A stretch of 64,000 nt of DNA from Candidatus Omnitrophota bacterium. Lineage in GTDB: Bacteria; Omnitrophota; Gorgyraeia; Zapsychrales; Zapsychraceae. The position numbers were made by a program, and so were the translations under genes. The notes below the pieces were generated by a model that worked only from the letters and a program-made list of their open reading frames with translations, ran no database searches and was not told where the DNA came from. Numbering within the stretch: position 1 is the stretch's first letter; each line of letters starts with the position of its first letter. Positions 10,641 to 21,251 of the stretch are shown piece after piece. The stretch is taken from positions 443-64,442 of the forward strand of contig JAJDCB010000022.1 of the NCBI GenBank assembly GCA_029261065.1, in the 5' to 3' direction.

Positions 10641-13600
10641 ATGATTAATAAAATTATAGAAGGTTGTCTAAGAAACAGATTTTTAGTGATCGCAGCCTTT
10701 GTTCTTGTTTTTGTTTTTGGTGTCTCATCCATGAAAAATACGCCGGTTGATGCTATTCCAGATATAGGAGAGTTGCAGGTCATTGTGTATGCGGAGTGGC
10801 CGGGAAGAAGTCCTCAAGATGTTGAAGACCAAGTTATTTATCCCCTAACAACAGGATTAATGGGGACACCAAAAGTTAAAGTTGTTCGATCTTCTGCGGG
10901 ATTTGGTTTTGGTCTGGTGAATATGATTTTTGAGGATGCGACGGATTATTATTGGGCGAGGACAAGAGTATTAGAAAGATTAGACTTTGCTAAGAAAGAT
11001 ATGCCTCAAGATGCGGTTGTAACGTTGGGACCAGATGCCACAGCACTTGGTCAAATTTTTTGGTACACCGTTGAAGGTAAAGATAAAAGTCTTGATGAAC
11101 TAAGGTCCATTCAAGATTGGTTTGTTAGATATCAATTAACATCCGTTGAAGGTGTGTCGGAGGTTGCCTCCGTTGGTGGTTATGTCAAACAATATCAAGT
11201 GGACGTTGATCCCAATAGGTTGAATGTTTTCAACGTTAGTCTTTTACATGTCATGGAGGCGATTAAGCTTTCTAATATTGATGTGGGCGCGAAAGTATTT
11301 GAAGAAGGTGGTGTTGAATATGTTGTGCGAGGATTAGGTTTCATTAAAAGTATCGAAGATATTGAACAAATTGTTATTGGGGTGCATCAGGGGACGCCGT
11401 TAACGATTAAAGATGTAGGTCAAGTGACACTTGGTCCTGACTTTCGACGAGGAGCTTTAGATAAAAATGGCCGTGAAGTCACAGGTGGCGTTGTCTTAAT
11501 GCGTTTTGGAGAAAATCCTTTAAAAGTTATTGAAAGGATTAAAACAAAGATCGAAGAGATTTCAGTTGGTTTGCCTGAAGGGGTCACAATTGTTCCTTTT
11601 TATGATCGCACAGGACTTATCAAAGATTCTATTCATACGTTAAGCAGTGCTTTGACACAAGAGATGATTATTACGGTGTTTGTTATTGCCGTATTTTTAT
11701 TTCATCTTGGGGGAAGTATTATTATTTCCATGGTTCTTCCTATAGGTGTTTTGATTGCCTTTATTTTGATGCGGCAAGTCGGTGTCGATGCCAACATTAT
11801 GTCGTTGGGAGGAATCGCAATCGCTATTGGTGTTATGGTCGACTCGGGCTGTGTTTTAGTTGAAAATATTTATCGGAAACTTGTCGAGAAACGAGAAGAA
11901 AGAAATGTTAATAAGTTATCTAGTGAAGAAAGATTAAACGTATGTATTGAGGCGTCCCAAGAAGTGGGAAGACCTGTTTTGTTTGCTTTGTTAACCACGA
12001 TTGTAAGTTTTGTGCCTGTTTTTGTTTTAACGGGACAAGCGGGGAGATTATTTAGCCCATTAGCTTACACAAAAACGTTTGCCATGATTGGAGCGGCTAT
12101 TATTGCACTAACGTTGCTGCCTACTCTGTGTTATTTTTTCTTAAGAGGACGATTGCGTGCCGTCAAAGATAACAAAACAGCAAAAATATTACATAAAAAC
12201 TATACACCCATGCTTCGATGGTCATTAAAGAATAAAAAAATAGTCGTTATTATTTCTCTTATTGTATTGGTCACAGGGTTGTCTTTAGGATCGATCATGA
12301 AACAAGAGTTTATGCCGCCTTTAAATGAAGGTGATTTGTTGTTTATGCCGGTTTTGATGCCGGGAGCATCATTAACCCAAGTTATGGAGGTGATGCAGAA
12401 ACAAAATATTATTATTAAAGATGAAATCCCAGAGGTTAAACAAGTCGTCGGAAAGCTTGGACGCGCTGAGACCGCGACAGATCCCGCTCCTGTCGTCATG
12501 ATTGAGAGTATTATCAATCTTAAAGACAAAAAGTATTGGCGAAAAGGGATGACGCGAGAAAAACTGATTGTCGAAATTCAAGAAAAAACAAAGATGCCAG
12601 GTGTGAGTCCCATTATGACACAACCGATACGTAATCGTATTGATATGTTAGCCACAGGAATCCAAACACCTGTTGGTATTAAAGTTTTTGGAGCTGATCT
12701 AAAAGAAATAGAAAAAATTGGGATTCAGTTAGAAGGTATTGTTGCTCAAGTTGATGGTGCTGTTGCCCCTTACGCGGAACGTATCGGTGGTCGCGCCTAT
12801 TTTGAAATGGACATTGATCGTGAACAAGCCGCTCGTTACGGCATTCATGTTCAAGATATTCAGGATTTAATCATGACAGGTATTGGTGGGATGAATGTCA
12901 CAACGACGGTGGAAGGTCGTGAGCGTTATCCTGTTCGCGTTCGGTATATGCGCGAGTTGCGTGATAATCCCGAAGATCTAAAACGTATTTTCGTCCCAAC
13001 CCGTTGGAAGTGGGAAAACGCACCGGGACCATTACAAATCCCGTTAGCTCAATTGGTTGACTTTAGAAAGGTTGCTGGACCTTCGATGATTTTATCTGAG
13101 AACACCATGCCGTATGCCCGTGTCTTTGTTAATGTTGATCAAAGTAAAGTGGGGCTTGTTGATTTTGTAAAAAAAGCTCAACAAAAAGTTGAAGAAGAAA
13201 TTAATCAAGGCCGTCTAAATATTCCTGCTGGATATTACATCAGTTGGTCAGGGCAGTTTGAAGCAGAGTTAGAATCAAGAAAGAAATTATTGCCTTCGAT
13301 GATGATTGCTTTACTTGTGATTCTCATTTTACTTTACATGGCGTTTAAGAATTTTAGAGTGTTAGGAATATTAGCGGGTGTCCTTCCGTTATCCTTGATG
13401 GGAGGGATTATTTTACTATTTGTTTTAAACTTTAAGTTTTCGACAGCGGTATGGGTTGGTTTTATAGCCTTGTTTGGTGTTGCGACCGATAATGCAGTTG
13501 TATTGCTTTCAACTCTTGAGAATTTATTTAAAGAAAGACTGCCCAAAACAGTAGAAGATATTAGAGCGACAGTTACTGAAGCTGGGTTATTAAGAGTTCG

Positions 13601-13793
13601 ACCTGCGATGATGACAACTATGACGACCATTATCGCTTTACTCCCCGTCATGTTTGCCACCGGCAGCGGTTCAGAAATCATGAAACCCATGGCCGCACCA
13701 ACGGTAGGTGGTCTTGTTACGGCAACCTTGGCCAATTTAATATTGGTGCCTGTGTTGTATGCATGGATTAAAGAAAAAGAAATACAAGACTAA
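10641..13793 (+). CDS. Heavy-metal efflux RND transporter (CusA/CzcA family)
   Basis: 1050 aa with 12-TM RND topology. N-terminus IIEGCLRNRFLVIAAF...AIPDIGELQVIVYAEWPG is typical of the HME-RND family. Confidence 0.9.
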   Translation: MINKIIEGCLRNRFLVIAAFVLVFVFGVSSMKNTPVDAIPDIGELQVIVYAEWPGRSPQDVEDQVIYPLTTGLMGTPKVKVVRSSAGFGFGLVNMIFEDATDYYWARTRVLERLDFAKKDMPQDAVVTLGPDATALGQIFWYTVEGKDKSLDELRSIQDWFVRYQLTSVEGVSEVASVGGYVKQYQVDVDPNRLNVFNVSLLHVMEAIKLSNIDVGAKVFEEGGVEYVVRGLGFIKSIEDIEQIVIGVHQGTPLTIKDVGQVTLGPDFRRGALDKNGREVTGGVVLMRFGENPLKVIERIKTKIEEISVGLPEGVTIVPFYDRTGLIKDSIHTLSSALTQEMIITVFVIAVFLFHLGGSIIISMVLPIGVLIAFILMRQVGVDANIMSLGGIAIAIGVMVDSGCVLVENIYRKLVEKREERNVNKLSSEERLNVCIEASQEVGRPVLFALLTTIVSFVPVFVLTGQAGRLFSPLAYTKTFAMIGAAIIALTLLPTLCYFFLRGRLRAVKDNKTAKILHKNYTPMLRWSLKNKKIVVIISLIVLVTGLSLGSIMKQEFMPPLNEGDLLFMPVLMPGASLTQVMEVMQKQNIIIKDEIPEVKQVVGKLGRAETATDPAPVVMIESIINLKDKKYWRKGMTREKLIVEIQEKTKMPGVSPIMTQPIRNRIDMLATGIQTPVGIKVFGADLKEIEKIGIQLEGIVAQVDGAVAPYAERIGGRAYFEMDIDREQAARYGIHVQDIQDLIMTGIGGMNVTTTVEGRERYPVRVRYMRELRDNPEDLKRIFVPTRWKWENAPGPLQIPLAQLVDFRKVAGPSMILSENTMPYARVFVNVDQSKVGLVDFVKKAQQKVEEEINQGRLNIPAGYYISWSGQFEAELESRKKLLPSMMIALLVILILLYMAFKNFRVLGILAGVLPLSLMGGIILLFVLNFKFSTAVWVGFIALFGVATDNAVVLLSTLENLFKERLPKTVEDIRATVTEAGLLRVRPAMMTTMTTIIALLPVMFATGSGSEIMKPMAAPTVGGLVTATLANLILVPVLYAWIKEKEIQD

Positions 13794-13857
13794 GATTTGT
13801 AAGACCACTTAAAAACATCAACCTTTTAATTTTAAATTCTTCAGGTATAATCATTTT

Positions 13858-14811
13858 ATGTTTTCCACGATTATATTTAATATTCCTTTTTTCATATTTT
13901 ATTTTTATGCCATTAGTGTCTCTTTAGAGAAGCGCAAAGTTCAACAACAACCAGCGACATTAAGTTTAATAGTTTTCTCTGCATTTTTAGGGAAAGCTGT
14001 TATTGTTTTTATTTTGGTTCTACTTCTGCAAAGAGGCGGTGGTGGCGAGGGAGCTTCTAAGTCCTTATATCAAGTCATGATTGCCATCCATTATGTTTTA
14101 ATGGCGTTATTAATGTTTTGTATCTTTGGTTGGCGAAAATCAGAAGAAGCGACGTATAAACGACCAATTAAATTGACGGTTGTTGGTTTTGTTCTTATAG
14201 GTGTAGGCATATTATTCAGCATTTTTTTTCAGCGTATGTTTGTAGATGGAGGATTTAATGGTGATATTAAACTGTTTGCTGGTTTTAATGCTTTCTTCTC
14301 AATGATATTTGGTTTAGGATCATTAATATTTTTTCTAAAGGCTATCTTTGATAGTCGAGGTTATCCGGAAGCAAAACCTGCTGTTGTAACGGCGGGTCAA
14401 GGTAATGGATCTTCAGCTGATCAAATCAATGTTCAAGTTCCGCTAACAGGTCTTTTTGAAGAAAAGGATTTTATTCCTTATGTCGTTGGAATTATGGGGT
14501 TCGGTGGATTATTGATCATTCCTCTTTTGTGGGGTGGTTTTATGGGGATGGGATACGAGAGATCGATGTTTCCTGCTTTACTTTCGTGTGGCATTTTTGC
14601 TTTCTCTCATGACAAGCGTGGTAATTTTTTGTGGGGACGCTTTATATTTTTATCCATTTATGTTTTTTTTATGATTATGCGTACGGCAGCCAAGTATGGT
14701 GGTGGTGGAAAACCTATGTTTCTTGCTGGTGGTTTTTTAGGATATGTTGTTATGTTTGGCTGTGGTTGGTTGGGTATTGCTATCAATCGGTTTTTGTTTA
14801 AAAAGAAATAG
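13858..14811 (+). CDS. Polytopic membrane protein with Gly-rich loops, function unknown
   Basis: About 8 hydrophobic helices and GGGG motifs. No recognisable catalytic motif. Confidence 0.5.
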   Translation: MFSTIIFNIPFFIFYFYAISVSLEKRKVQQQPATLSLIVFSAFLGKAVIVFILVLLLQRGGGGEGASKSLYQVMIAIHYVLMALLMFCIFGWRKSEEATYKRPIKLTVVGFVLIGVGILFSIFFQRMFVDGGFNGDIKLFAGFNAFFSMIFGLGSLIFFLKAIFDSRGYPEAKPAVVTAGQGNGSSADQINVQVPLTGLFEEKDFIPYVVGIMGFGGLLIIPLLWGGFMGMGYERSMFPALLSCGIFAFSHDKRGNFLWGRFIFLSIYVFFMIMRTAAKYGGGGKPMFLAGGFLGYVVMFGCGWLGIAINRFLFKKK

Positions 14812-14851
14812 TTTATTAATAATATATTAAATAAGAAATGTAATTTTTAAT

Positions 14852-15775
14852 ATGGATACTATTCTCTCCGTTAAAAATTTAAATAAAGTTTATGCCGATG
14901 GCTTTCAAGCCCTTAAGAATATCAATCTTGAGATTCGTAAAGGGGAGATTTTTGCCTTGCTTGGGCCTAATGGGGCCGGTAAGACAACGTTGATTAGCGC
15001 GATTTGTGGGTTAGTTAATCCTACCGATGGTCAGATTCTTGTTAATGGGCATGATATCAATGAAAACTTTCGACAAACACGGACATTAATTGGTCTTGTC
15101 CCACAAGAATTGTGCGTCGAAACGTTTGAACCTGTTTGGGACACGGTTAACTTTAGTCGTGGCTTGTTTGGGCTGGCACCAAATCGTGAGTACGTTGAAG
15201 ATATTTTAAAGAAATTAACTCTGTGGGATAAAAGAAAAAGTCGTATTTTAACATTATCGGGTGGTATGAAAAGAAGGGTTATGATAGCAAAGGCCTTATC
15301 TCACGAACCTCAATTATTATTTCTTGATGAGCCTACAGCAGGAGTTGATGTTGAGCTTAGAAAAGATATGTGGAATCAAGTTAAAGAGTTAAAGAATATG
15401 GGTGTTACAATCATTCTTACGACGCATTATATAGATGAGGCGGAACAGATGGCAGATAGAATAGGGGTGATCAATAAGGGAGAAATTATTGTTACAGAAA
15501 ACAAGAAAGATCTTATGCACCAATTTGGCCGAAAAAAACTAACATTGGATTTAAATGTCGTGATAAAGGTTGTTCCAAAGCAACTTGACCAATGGGATTT
15601 GAATTTAAATGAGGAAGGGTCACAGATGAGTTATTCTTATGATGCTTCTGTAGAGGACAACGGTATTTCACAACTTTTAGCTGATTTAGCTTCGGCTGGC
15701 ATTTCTTATAAAGATATTCAAACCAAACAAAGTTCCTTAGAAGAAATTTTTATTCAATTGGTGAATCAATCATGA
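14852..15775 (+). CDS. ABC transporter ATP-binding protein (ABC-2 exporter type)
   Basis: Walker [10 protein letters not shown], signature LSGGMKRR, Walker B LLFLDEPT. 4-nt overlap with the permease gene. Confidence 0.9.
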   Translation: MDTILSVKNLNKVYADGFQALKNINLEIRKGEIFALLGPNGAGKTTLISAICGLVNPTDGQILVNGHDINENFRQTRTLIGLVPQELCVETFEPVWDTVNFSRGLFGLAPNREYVEDILKKLTLWDKRKSRILTLSGGMKRRVMIAKALSHEPQLLFLDEPTAGVDVELRKDMWNQVKELKNMGVTIILTTHYIDEAEQMADRIGVINKGEIIVTENKKDLMHQFGRKKLTLDLNVVIKVVPKQLDQWDLNLNEEGSQMSYSYDASVEDNGISQLLADLASAGISYKDIQTKQSSLEEIFIQLVNQS

Positions 15776-16533
15776 ACTTTTATGCTGTCCGCTCAATTTA
15801 TTATTTTGAAATGGCTCGTACTTGGCGAACGATCGCTCAAAGTATAGCGTCACCTGTTATATCAACGACTTTATACTTTGTTGTCTTTGGTTCGGCTATT
15901 GGTTCGCGTATCAGCGAAATTGATGGTATCAGTTACGGTTCGTTTATTGTGCCGGGTCTAATTATGTTATCGATTTTGACAGAAAGCATCTCAAATGCAT
16001 CTTTTGGCATTTATTTTCCTAAGTTTACCGGAACTATTTACGAAATTCTATCAGCGCCTGTTTCTTATGTTGAAATTTTGTTGGGATATGTTGGAGCCGC
16101 CGCAACGAAGTCGATTATTGTTGGATTACTTATTTTAACAACAGCCAGTTTTTTCGTGCCTCTTGAAATAAAACATCCGGGCCTCATGATTCTTTTTCTG
16201 GTGCTGACGGCGGTCACATTTAGTCTCTTTGGTTTTATCATCGGTGTCTGGGCTGATGGATTTGAAAAGCTTCAAATTATTCCTATGTTAATTATCACAC
16301 CGCTAACCTTTTTGGGAGGAAGCTTTTATAGTATCAAAATGCTCCCCGAATTCTGGCAAAAAGTATCTTTATTCAACCCTGTCGTTTATTTAATCAGTGG
16401 TTTTCGCTTTAGCTTCTATGAAAAATCAGATGTTAATTTAAGTGTTAGCCTTTGTATGATCTTTATATTTTTAAGTACGTGTATTATTTTGGCAAGATGG
16501 ATGTTGAAATCGGGGTATCGTTTGAAGAGTTAA
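15772..16533 (+). CDS. ABC-2 family transporter permease
   Basis: 6-TM protein translationally coupled to the upstream ATPase. ABC-2 membrane-domain pattern. Confidence 0.75.
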   Translation: MNFYAVRSIYYFEMARTWRTIAQSIASPVISTTLYFVVFGSAIGSRISEIDGISYGSFIVPGLIMLSILTESISNASFGIYFPKFTGTIYEILSAPVSYVEILLGYVGAAATKSIIVGLLILTTASFFVPLEIKHPGLMILFLVLTAVTFSLFGFIIGVWADGFEKLQIIPMLIITPLTFLGGSFYSIKMLPEFWQKVSLFNPVVYLISGFRFSFYEKSDVNLSVSLCMIFIFLSTCIILARWMLKSGYRLKS

Positions 16534-16637
16534 TAGTAACAGGTTTTACGTCGTAACAATTTAAGAAAAAGATAGGTTCTCTGCGGCTCTGGATCGGAAG
16601 GTTTTGGAGGGACGGTATAAAAGTGATTTTAATATAT

Positions 16638-16678
16638 AAAAAAGGTGATAACCATAACGGTTATCACCTTTTTTATAA
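16638..16678. terminator. Bidirectional rho-independent terminator between convergent genes
   Basis: Stem ggtgataacc / ggttatcacc with a 5-nt loop, an A-run upstream and a T-run downstream. Confidence 0.75.
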
Positions 16679-16694
16679 AAAACGATACTGATTA

Positions 16695-17438
16695 TTACAT
16701 TCCAGCAGGTAATTGCATAATAAGAACCCCTACCAAAGTATCTCCATCAAATACAGGAGCTCCCATGAAGCGAGCTGGATCTTCATAAGATGGTGTGTAA
16801 GGTTCCATATCCACAAAGTTTGTCATGTCTTTGTCTGAGGTGCCTTTTATAGCATCATAAACACGAGCAAAGTTTGTATCGGCATAGGGCCCATCTTTTA
16901 AACTCGTTGTAAAGTCTAGTTCTTTAAAGACACTATAAACAATATCTCCGGATTCGATATCAATAAGAAAGATATCATATAGCCCAAATTCTTCTAAATA
17001 AGCGCGGAATTTAGGGTGATATTTTTCATGAATCGTTGACCACTTTGATTTGTCACTTCCTTTATCGAGTTTGTCCTTTGACCCTAAAGGGTTTGAGTTT
17101 TCTATGATGTAATAGTATTGCATTGCAATCGTATCATCATCAAGAGAATCAAACATTTTACTTATAGGGGCTTCTTTTCCGTTATTTCTTTTTTTGTACT
17201 CAGCACCATATTGATCGGTGTAGTACGCCTTGAGTTTAGGTTTCATTTCTTCAACAGATTCAATGGCATTATCCGAACGAAAGGTCTTAAATGCTTCATT
17301 AAACTCTTTCATAGCGCTAACGACATAATCTTGTTGCGCGAAACTTTGACATTGAATTTCTTCAACACTCATGGCAAAGGCCTGCGTTGAGCAGAACATG
17401 CTCACAGCAAGTGTTAACATACAGATGATTTTTTTCAT
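16695..17438 (-). CDS. Secreted periplasmic protein, possibly a stand-alone Cache-like ligand-binding domain
   Basis: Signal peptide MKKIICMLTLAVSMFCSTQAFA. Motifs YDIFLIDIESGDIVYSV and GAPVFDGDTLVGVLIMQL resemble Cache-type sensor folds. The assignment is tentative. Confidence 0.4.
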   Translation of the reverse strand: MKKIICMLTLAVSMFCSTQAFAMSVEEIQCQSFAQQDYVVSAMKEFNEAFKTFRSDNAIESVEEMKPKLKAYYTDQYGAEYKKRNNGKEAPISKMFDSLDDDTIAMQYYYIIENSNPLGSKDKLDKGSDKSKWSTIHEKYHPKFRAYLEEFGLYDIFLIDIESGDIVYSVFKELDFTTSLKDGPYADTNFARVYDAIKGTSDKDMTNFVDMEPYTPSYEDPARFMGAPVFDGDTLVGVLIMQLPAGM

Positions 17439-17752
17439 TTTTTCTCCGTTTAGTAAAAGTTTTTATTTTTACTTATCTATGTTTTGTTTCATTATTGTTG
17501 AGTGTAAGTGAGAAATAGGGAATAGTCAATTTTTTTTCATTTTATTTTTAATAGTATAAAGTGAGCGTTTTTATTTACATAAGTATTTGCAGTGTAACAG
17601 TTTATGTTAGTAAATGTTTTGGAAAATGAAGGTTTGATTGTATTTATCTTAATCCTCTTTAATCAATAGCGAAGTGTATTGCATAGATATTACTTATAAA
17701 ATAAGGATGGAAAAGTGTTAAGTTTCAAGTTTAATGTATTTTTATACATTTC

Positions 17753-17797
17753 TTGACAAGGCGTTATTTATATTATATATTTAACCATATGGTTAAA
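17753..17797 (+). promoter_or_regulatory. Sigma70-like promoter (TTGACA-17-TATATT) with an 18-bp perfect palindrome tTTAACCATATGGTTAAa (17780..17797) overlapping the arsR start codon
   Basis: Read directly from the sequence. The palindrome centre CATATG contains the ATG of the ArsR gene. Confidence 0.6.
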
Positions 17798-18127
17798 CAA
17801 AAAGAGCAACATATCAATGATATTTTTCATGCTTTAGCAGATCCTACGAGGCGAAAAATTCTTAAAATGCTTTCAGAGAAGGATTGCCAAGCTACGGAAT
17901 TGGCGCAGGCTTTTGAAATGTCGTTTCCTGCAGTATCTAAGCATTTAAAAGTATTAGAGAAGGCTCAGTTTATCAGAAGAAAGGTGAATGGGCGTATTCA
18001 TCGATTCTATTTTGAGGAAAAAACGATGAAAGAAGTTTATCATTGGGTGAAATTTTATGAAAAATTCTGGTTACAAAATTTGAGTAATCTGGATGATTTT
18101 CTTAATAAAAAAGGTCGTCAAGAGTAG
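17789..18127 (+). CDS. ArsR/SmtB-family metalloregulator-type transcriptional repressor
   Basis: HTH signature LADPTRRKILKML...ELAQAFEMSFPAVSKHLKVL. The ATG at 17789 is preferred over the upstream in-frame ATG at 17753. Confidence 0.8.
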   Translation: MVKQKEQHINDIFHALADPTRRKILKMLSEKDCQATELAQAFEMSFPAVSKHLKVLEKAQFIRRKVNGRIHRFYFEEKTMKEVYHWVKFYEKFWLQNLSNLDDFLNKKGRQE

Positions 18128-18188
18128 TGATTTTTGTCGAACCTCGTCATTTCTTACAGATAATGACGAAAATGCTAGGAGATAACAA

Positions 18189-18629
18189 ATGACACTACAC
18201 AATTTATCAGAAACATCACTTAAAATAGAACGAGAGTTTGCGGCAAAGAGAGAAGATGTCTTTTCGGCATGGACGGATCCGGCAAAAATGGTTCAGTGGA
18301 TGGGGCCAGGTGAGGTTAATTGTGGAGGTGTTGATATCGATTTAAAGGTGGGAGGCTGTTATAGCATTCAAATGCTGACGCCTGATAATGAAAATCCGAT
18401 TGCCGTTGGTGAATATAAAGAGATTGTTCCAAATGAAAAACTTCAATTTACATGGACCTGGAAGGGCGGCGAGATGCCAGATACCCTTGTAACGTTAACG
18501 TTTGAAGATGCCAATGGTAATACAAAGTTAACGCTTTTGCATGAAAACTTCCCAGCCAAGGAAGCTGCAGAGAAACATACACATGGGTGGAATGGGTGTC
18601 TTGATAAGTTAGGGAAATTTGTTCAATAA
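18189..18629 (+). CDS. SRPBCC/AHSA1-family (Aha1-like) protein
   Basis: About 146 aa. Conserved W...W pattern (FSAWTDPAKMVQW) typical of the AHSA1 domain, which is commonly operonic with ArsR. Confidence 0.7.
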   Translation: MTLHNLSETSLKIEREFAAKREDVFSAWTDPAKMVQWMGPGEVNCGGVDIDLKVGGCYSIQMLTPDNENPIAVGEYKEIVPNEKLQFTWTWKGGEMPDTLVTLTFEDANGNTKLTLLHENFPAKEAAEKHTHGWNGCLDKLGKFVQ

Positions 18630-18830
18630 ATAGTTAGGAGTAAAAAAATTAAACCCTGTTTTCCTTTTTAAGGAGAGCAGGGTTTTTCTTTGTGCGGAAT
18701 CTCGGCAAAACAGAGAACTATTTGAAAAATAAACGAGTACTTTTATATTTGATGATATAATTGTTTGATTATCATCCATAAACTTTACTTATAAATTCTA
18801 AGTAGTATTATTTAACGAAAGGATTTACAG

Positions 18831-19415
18831 ATGTCAGACAAAGTTAAAATTCTAGCTTTTGCTGGTAGCGCTAGGGCTCAATCGTTTAATAAAATGTTAG
18901 TTAATGTTGCTGCCAAAGGTGCCGTTGAGGCTGGGGCTGAAGTCACGGTTATTGATTTAAAAGATTATCCTATGCCGTTATTGGATCAAGATTTGGAAAC
19001 AAATGAAGGAATGCCGGAGAATGCAAAAAAAGTAAAACAGTTAATGATTGAACATGATGGTTTTTTAATCGCCTGCCCGGAATATAACAGTTCCATCACA
19101 CCTCTTTTAAAAAATACAATTGATTGGGCTTCAAGGCCAACAGAAAAAGATGAGCCCATGTTAAAAGCCTACACAGGTAAGATAACAGCCATTATGAGTG
19201 CATCTCCAGGAGGGCTTGGAGGATTACGTGGCCTTGTTCATGTTAGATCAATTTTTGAAAATATTAATGTTATAGTTTTGCCTAATCAGCGTGCTATTGG
19301 AAGTGCATATAACGCATTTGATGATCAAGGGAATCTAAAAGATGAAAAGCAAAACAATGCCGTGAAGGCCTTGGGTGGGGAGCTGGCCAACTTTATTAAA
19401 AAGATTAAAGGGTAG
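18831..19415 (+). CDS. NAD(P)H-dependent FMN reductase (flavodoxin-like fold)
   Basis: KILAFAGSARAQSFN... flavodoxin-like motif of the FMN_red family. Confidence 0.75.
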   Translation: MSDKVKILAFAGSARAQSFNKMLVNVAAKGAVEAGAEVTVIDLKDYPMPLLDQDLETNEGMPENAKKVKQLMIEHDGFLIACPEYNSSITPLLKNTIDWASRPTEKDEPMLKAYTGKITAIMSASPGGLGGLRGLVHVRSIFENINVIVLPNQRAIGSAYNAFDDQGNLKDEKQNNAVKALGGELANFIKKIKG

Positions 19416-19422
19416 ATGAGAT

Positions 19423-19977
19423 ATGAAACTTATTGGTTCTACGACATCTCCTTATGTTCGACGCATCAGACTTCAGTTGAAGGATCAAGATCATGAGTTT
19501 AGGTGTGTTAATATTTTTACAAAAGAAGGTCAAATGGAGGTGGCTCAATATACGACTACGGGGCGCATTCCTCTTTTGGTTGATGATAATAAGGTGATAT
19601 GGGATTCATTTTTGATTGCACAGTATTTAGCGCCTAAGCCACTTGCCTTAGATCTTCAAAAGGATTTGGTTCTTATCAATGAAATGACTGATGCTGGTGT
19701 GCAGTTGTTTCAGTTGAGAAAGTTTGAAATTGACGTTGAAGATAAGGGGCTTTTTTCCAAAAATAATTTAAGACGCATAAAAAATATCCTTAGCTATTTT
19801 GAAGCTAAAAAATTAGTAGAGTGGAATATCCTTACTCAATGGCTTTATTGCACGCTAGATTGGTTTGATTTCCGTAATGTTTTTAAATGGCGTGATGATC
19901 ATCCGCGACTTGTGAGTTTTTATAATACATATTGTGAGCATATCAAAATTAAAGAAACGGAACCACGGCAAAATTAG
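19423..19977 (+). CDS. Glutathione S-transferase-like protein
   Basis: N-terminal thioredoxin-like GST fold (LIGSTTSPYVRRIRLQL...IPLLVDDNKVIWDSFLIAQYL). Confidence 0.6.
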   Translation: MKLIGSTTSPYVRRIRLQLKDQDHEFRCVNIFTKEGQMEVAQYTTTGRIPLLVDDNKVIWDSFLIAQYLAPKPLALDLQKDLVLINEMTDAGVQLFQLRKFEIDVEDKGLFSKNNLRRIKNILSYFEAKKLVEWNILTQWLYCTLDWFDFRNVFKWRDDHPRLVSFYNTYCEHIKIKETEPRQN

Positions 19978-20003
19978 AAATTAACTTTAAAAAGAAGGTG
20001 ATT

Positions 20004-21248
20004 ATGTCAAAAATTTTGGATCAGGATATATTAAAGAAAAAAAGATTCGTTAATATTTTTCACAATCCGATTACAGCTTGGATCATATTGGGAACTTCCT
20101 TGGGGTTAACATTTTTCGCCTATAGAATATCAAGCGACTTTGTCCATAAACGTGCGGAGGATAGATTTATTTTTAGACTGCACGAAATTAAGCAAGCCAT
20201 TAAAGATAGATTGGATGTTTATGAACAAGTTCTTTGGAGTGGTGTTGGCTTAATGTATGCTTCTGAAAATTTGAAAAGAGAAGGATTTAGTAAGTTTGTT
20301 GAAGCTTTAAATATTCAGAGGCATTGGCCTGGCATACAAGGTGTGGGTTTTAGTGTTTTTTTAAAACCCGAGGAGAAACAAGCTCATATTGATGCGATTC
20401 GTGCTCAAGGATTTCCAAATTTTCAGATTAAGCCTGAGGGTGAGCGAGAGATGTATTCCTCAATTGTTTATTTGGAACCCTTTGATTGGCGCAATAAACG
20501 AGCTTTTGGCTATGACATGTGGTCAAATGATATGCGTCAAGAAGCAATGAAGCGTGCACGTGATGAAGCGGTTGCAGCGACATCAGGTATTATCACACTG
20601 GTGCAGGAGACGAACGATGATGTGCAAAAAGGTTTTTTAACTTATGTTCCAGTATATAAGAGTAAGAGCATTCCAAGAACGCTCGAAGAGCGGAGAAACC
20701 AATTTCTCGGCTGGGTTTATGCTCCTTATCGGACGGGTAATTTAATGAAAGGTATTCTGGGAGCGGAGGATCCCAATATTGAATTTGAAATCTTTGATGG
20801 GGAGAACATGAATCAAGAGTCGCTTCTTTTTGATAGCAATGATGAATTGCATATATCTTTATCGAATGATAAGCCAGATTTCGAAAAAGTTATTAAAGTT
20901 GTTAATCAAGGGCGAACATGGACGTTATATTTTAGTACTCCTTATAATTATTTAAGTAACAGTGAAAAAAATCAACCTCGTTTTGTGGCGATCGCGGGAC
21001 TTATAGTAGATGTTCTTCTTTTTTACGTTATTTATTCGTTATATTTTATCAATCGACGAGCAGAGGCAATGGCCCGTGAATTAACAAAAGATGCTAAAGA
21101 GGATAAAGAAAGTTTAATGCAGGCTCTTAAGGAAGCTGAAGGTAAGGCCGATGAGCTTAAGAAAACAAATGAAGTTATGGTTAATCGTGAAGCTAAGATG
21201 GTCGAGCTAAAAAAAGAAATTATTGAGCTTAAAAAAAGAGTAAAGTAA
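20004..21248 (+). CDS. CHASE-domain membrane protein with no output domain (TM - CHASE - TM - cytoplasmic coiled coil)
   Basis: Periplasmic region carries the CHASE signature (W..RAFGYDMWS...AMKRARDEAVAATSGIITLVQE). The 70-aa C-terminal tail is charged coiled coil only. A GTG at 19998 is an alternative start. Confidence 0.7.
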   Translation: MSKILDQDILKKKRFVNIFHNPITAWIILGTSLGLTFFAYRISSDFVHKRAEDRFIFRLHEIKQAIKDRLDVYEQVLWSGVGLMYASENLKREGFSKFVEALNIQRHWPGIQGVGFSVFLKPEEKQAHIDAIRAQGFPNFQIKPEGEREMYSSIVYLEPFDWRNKRAFGYDMWSNDMRQEAMKRARDEAVAATSGIITLVQETNDDVQKGFLTYVPVYKSKSIPRTLEERRNQFLGWVYAPYRTGNLMKGILGAEDPNIEFEIFDGENMNQESLLFDSNDELHISLSNDKPDFEKVIKVVNQGRTWTLYFSTPYNYLSNSEKNQPRFVAIAGLIVDVLLFYVIYSLYFINRRAEAMARELTKDAKEDKESLMQALKEAEGKADELKKTNEVMVNREAKMVELKKEIIELKKRVK

Positions 21249-21251
21249 ATT

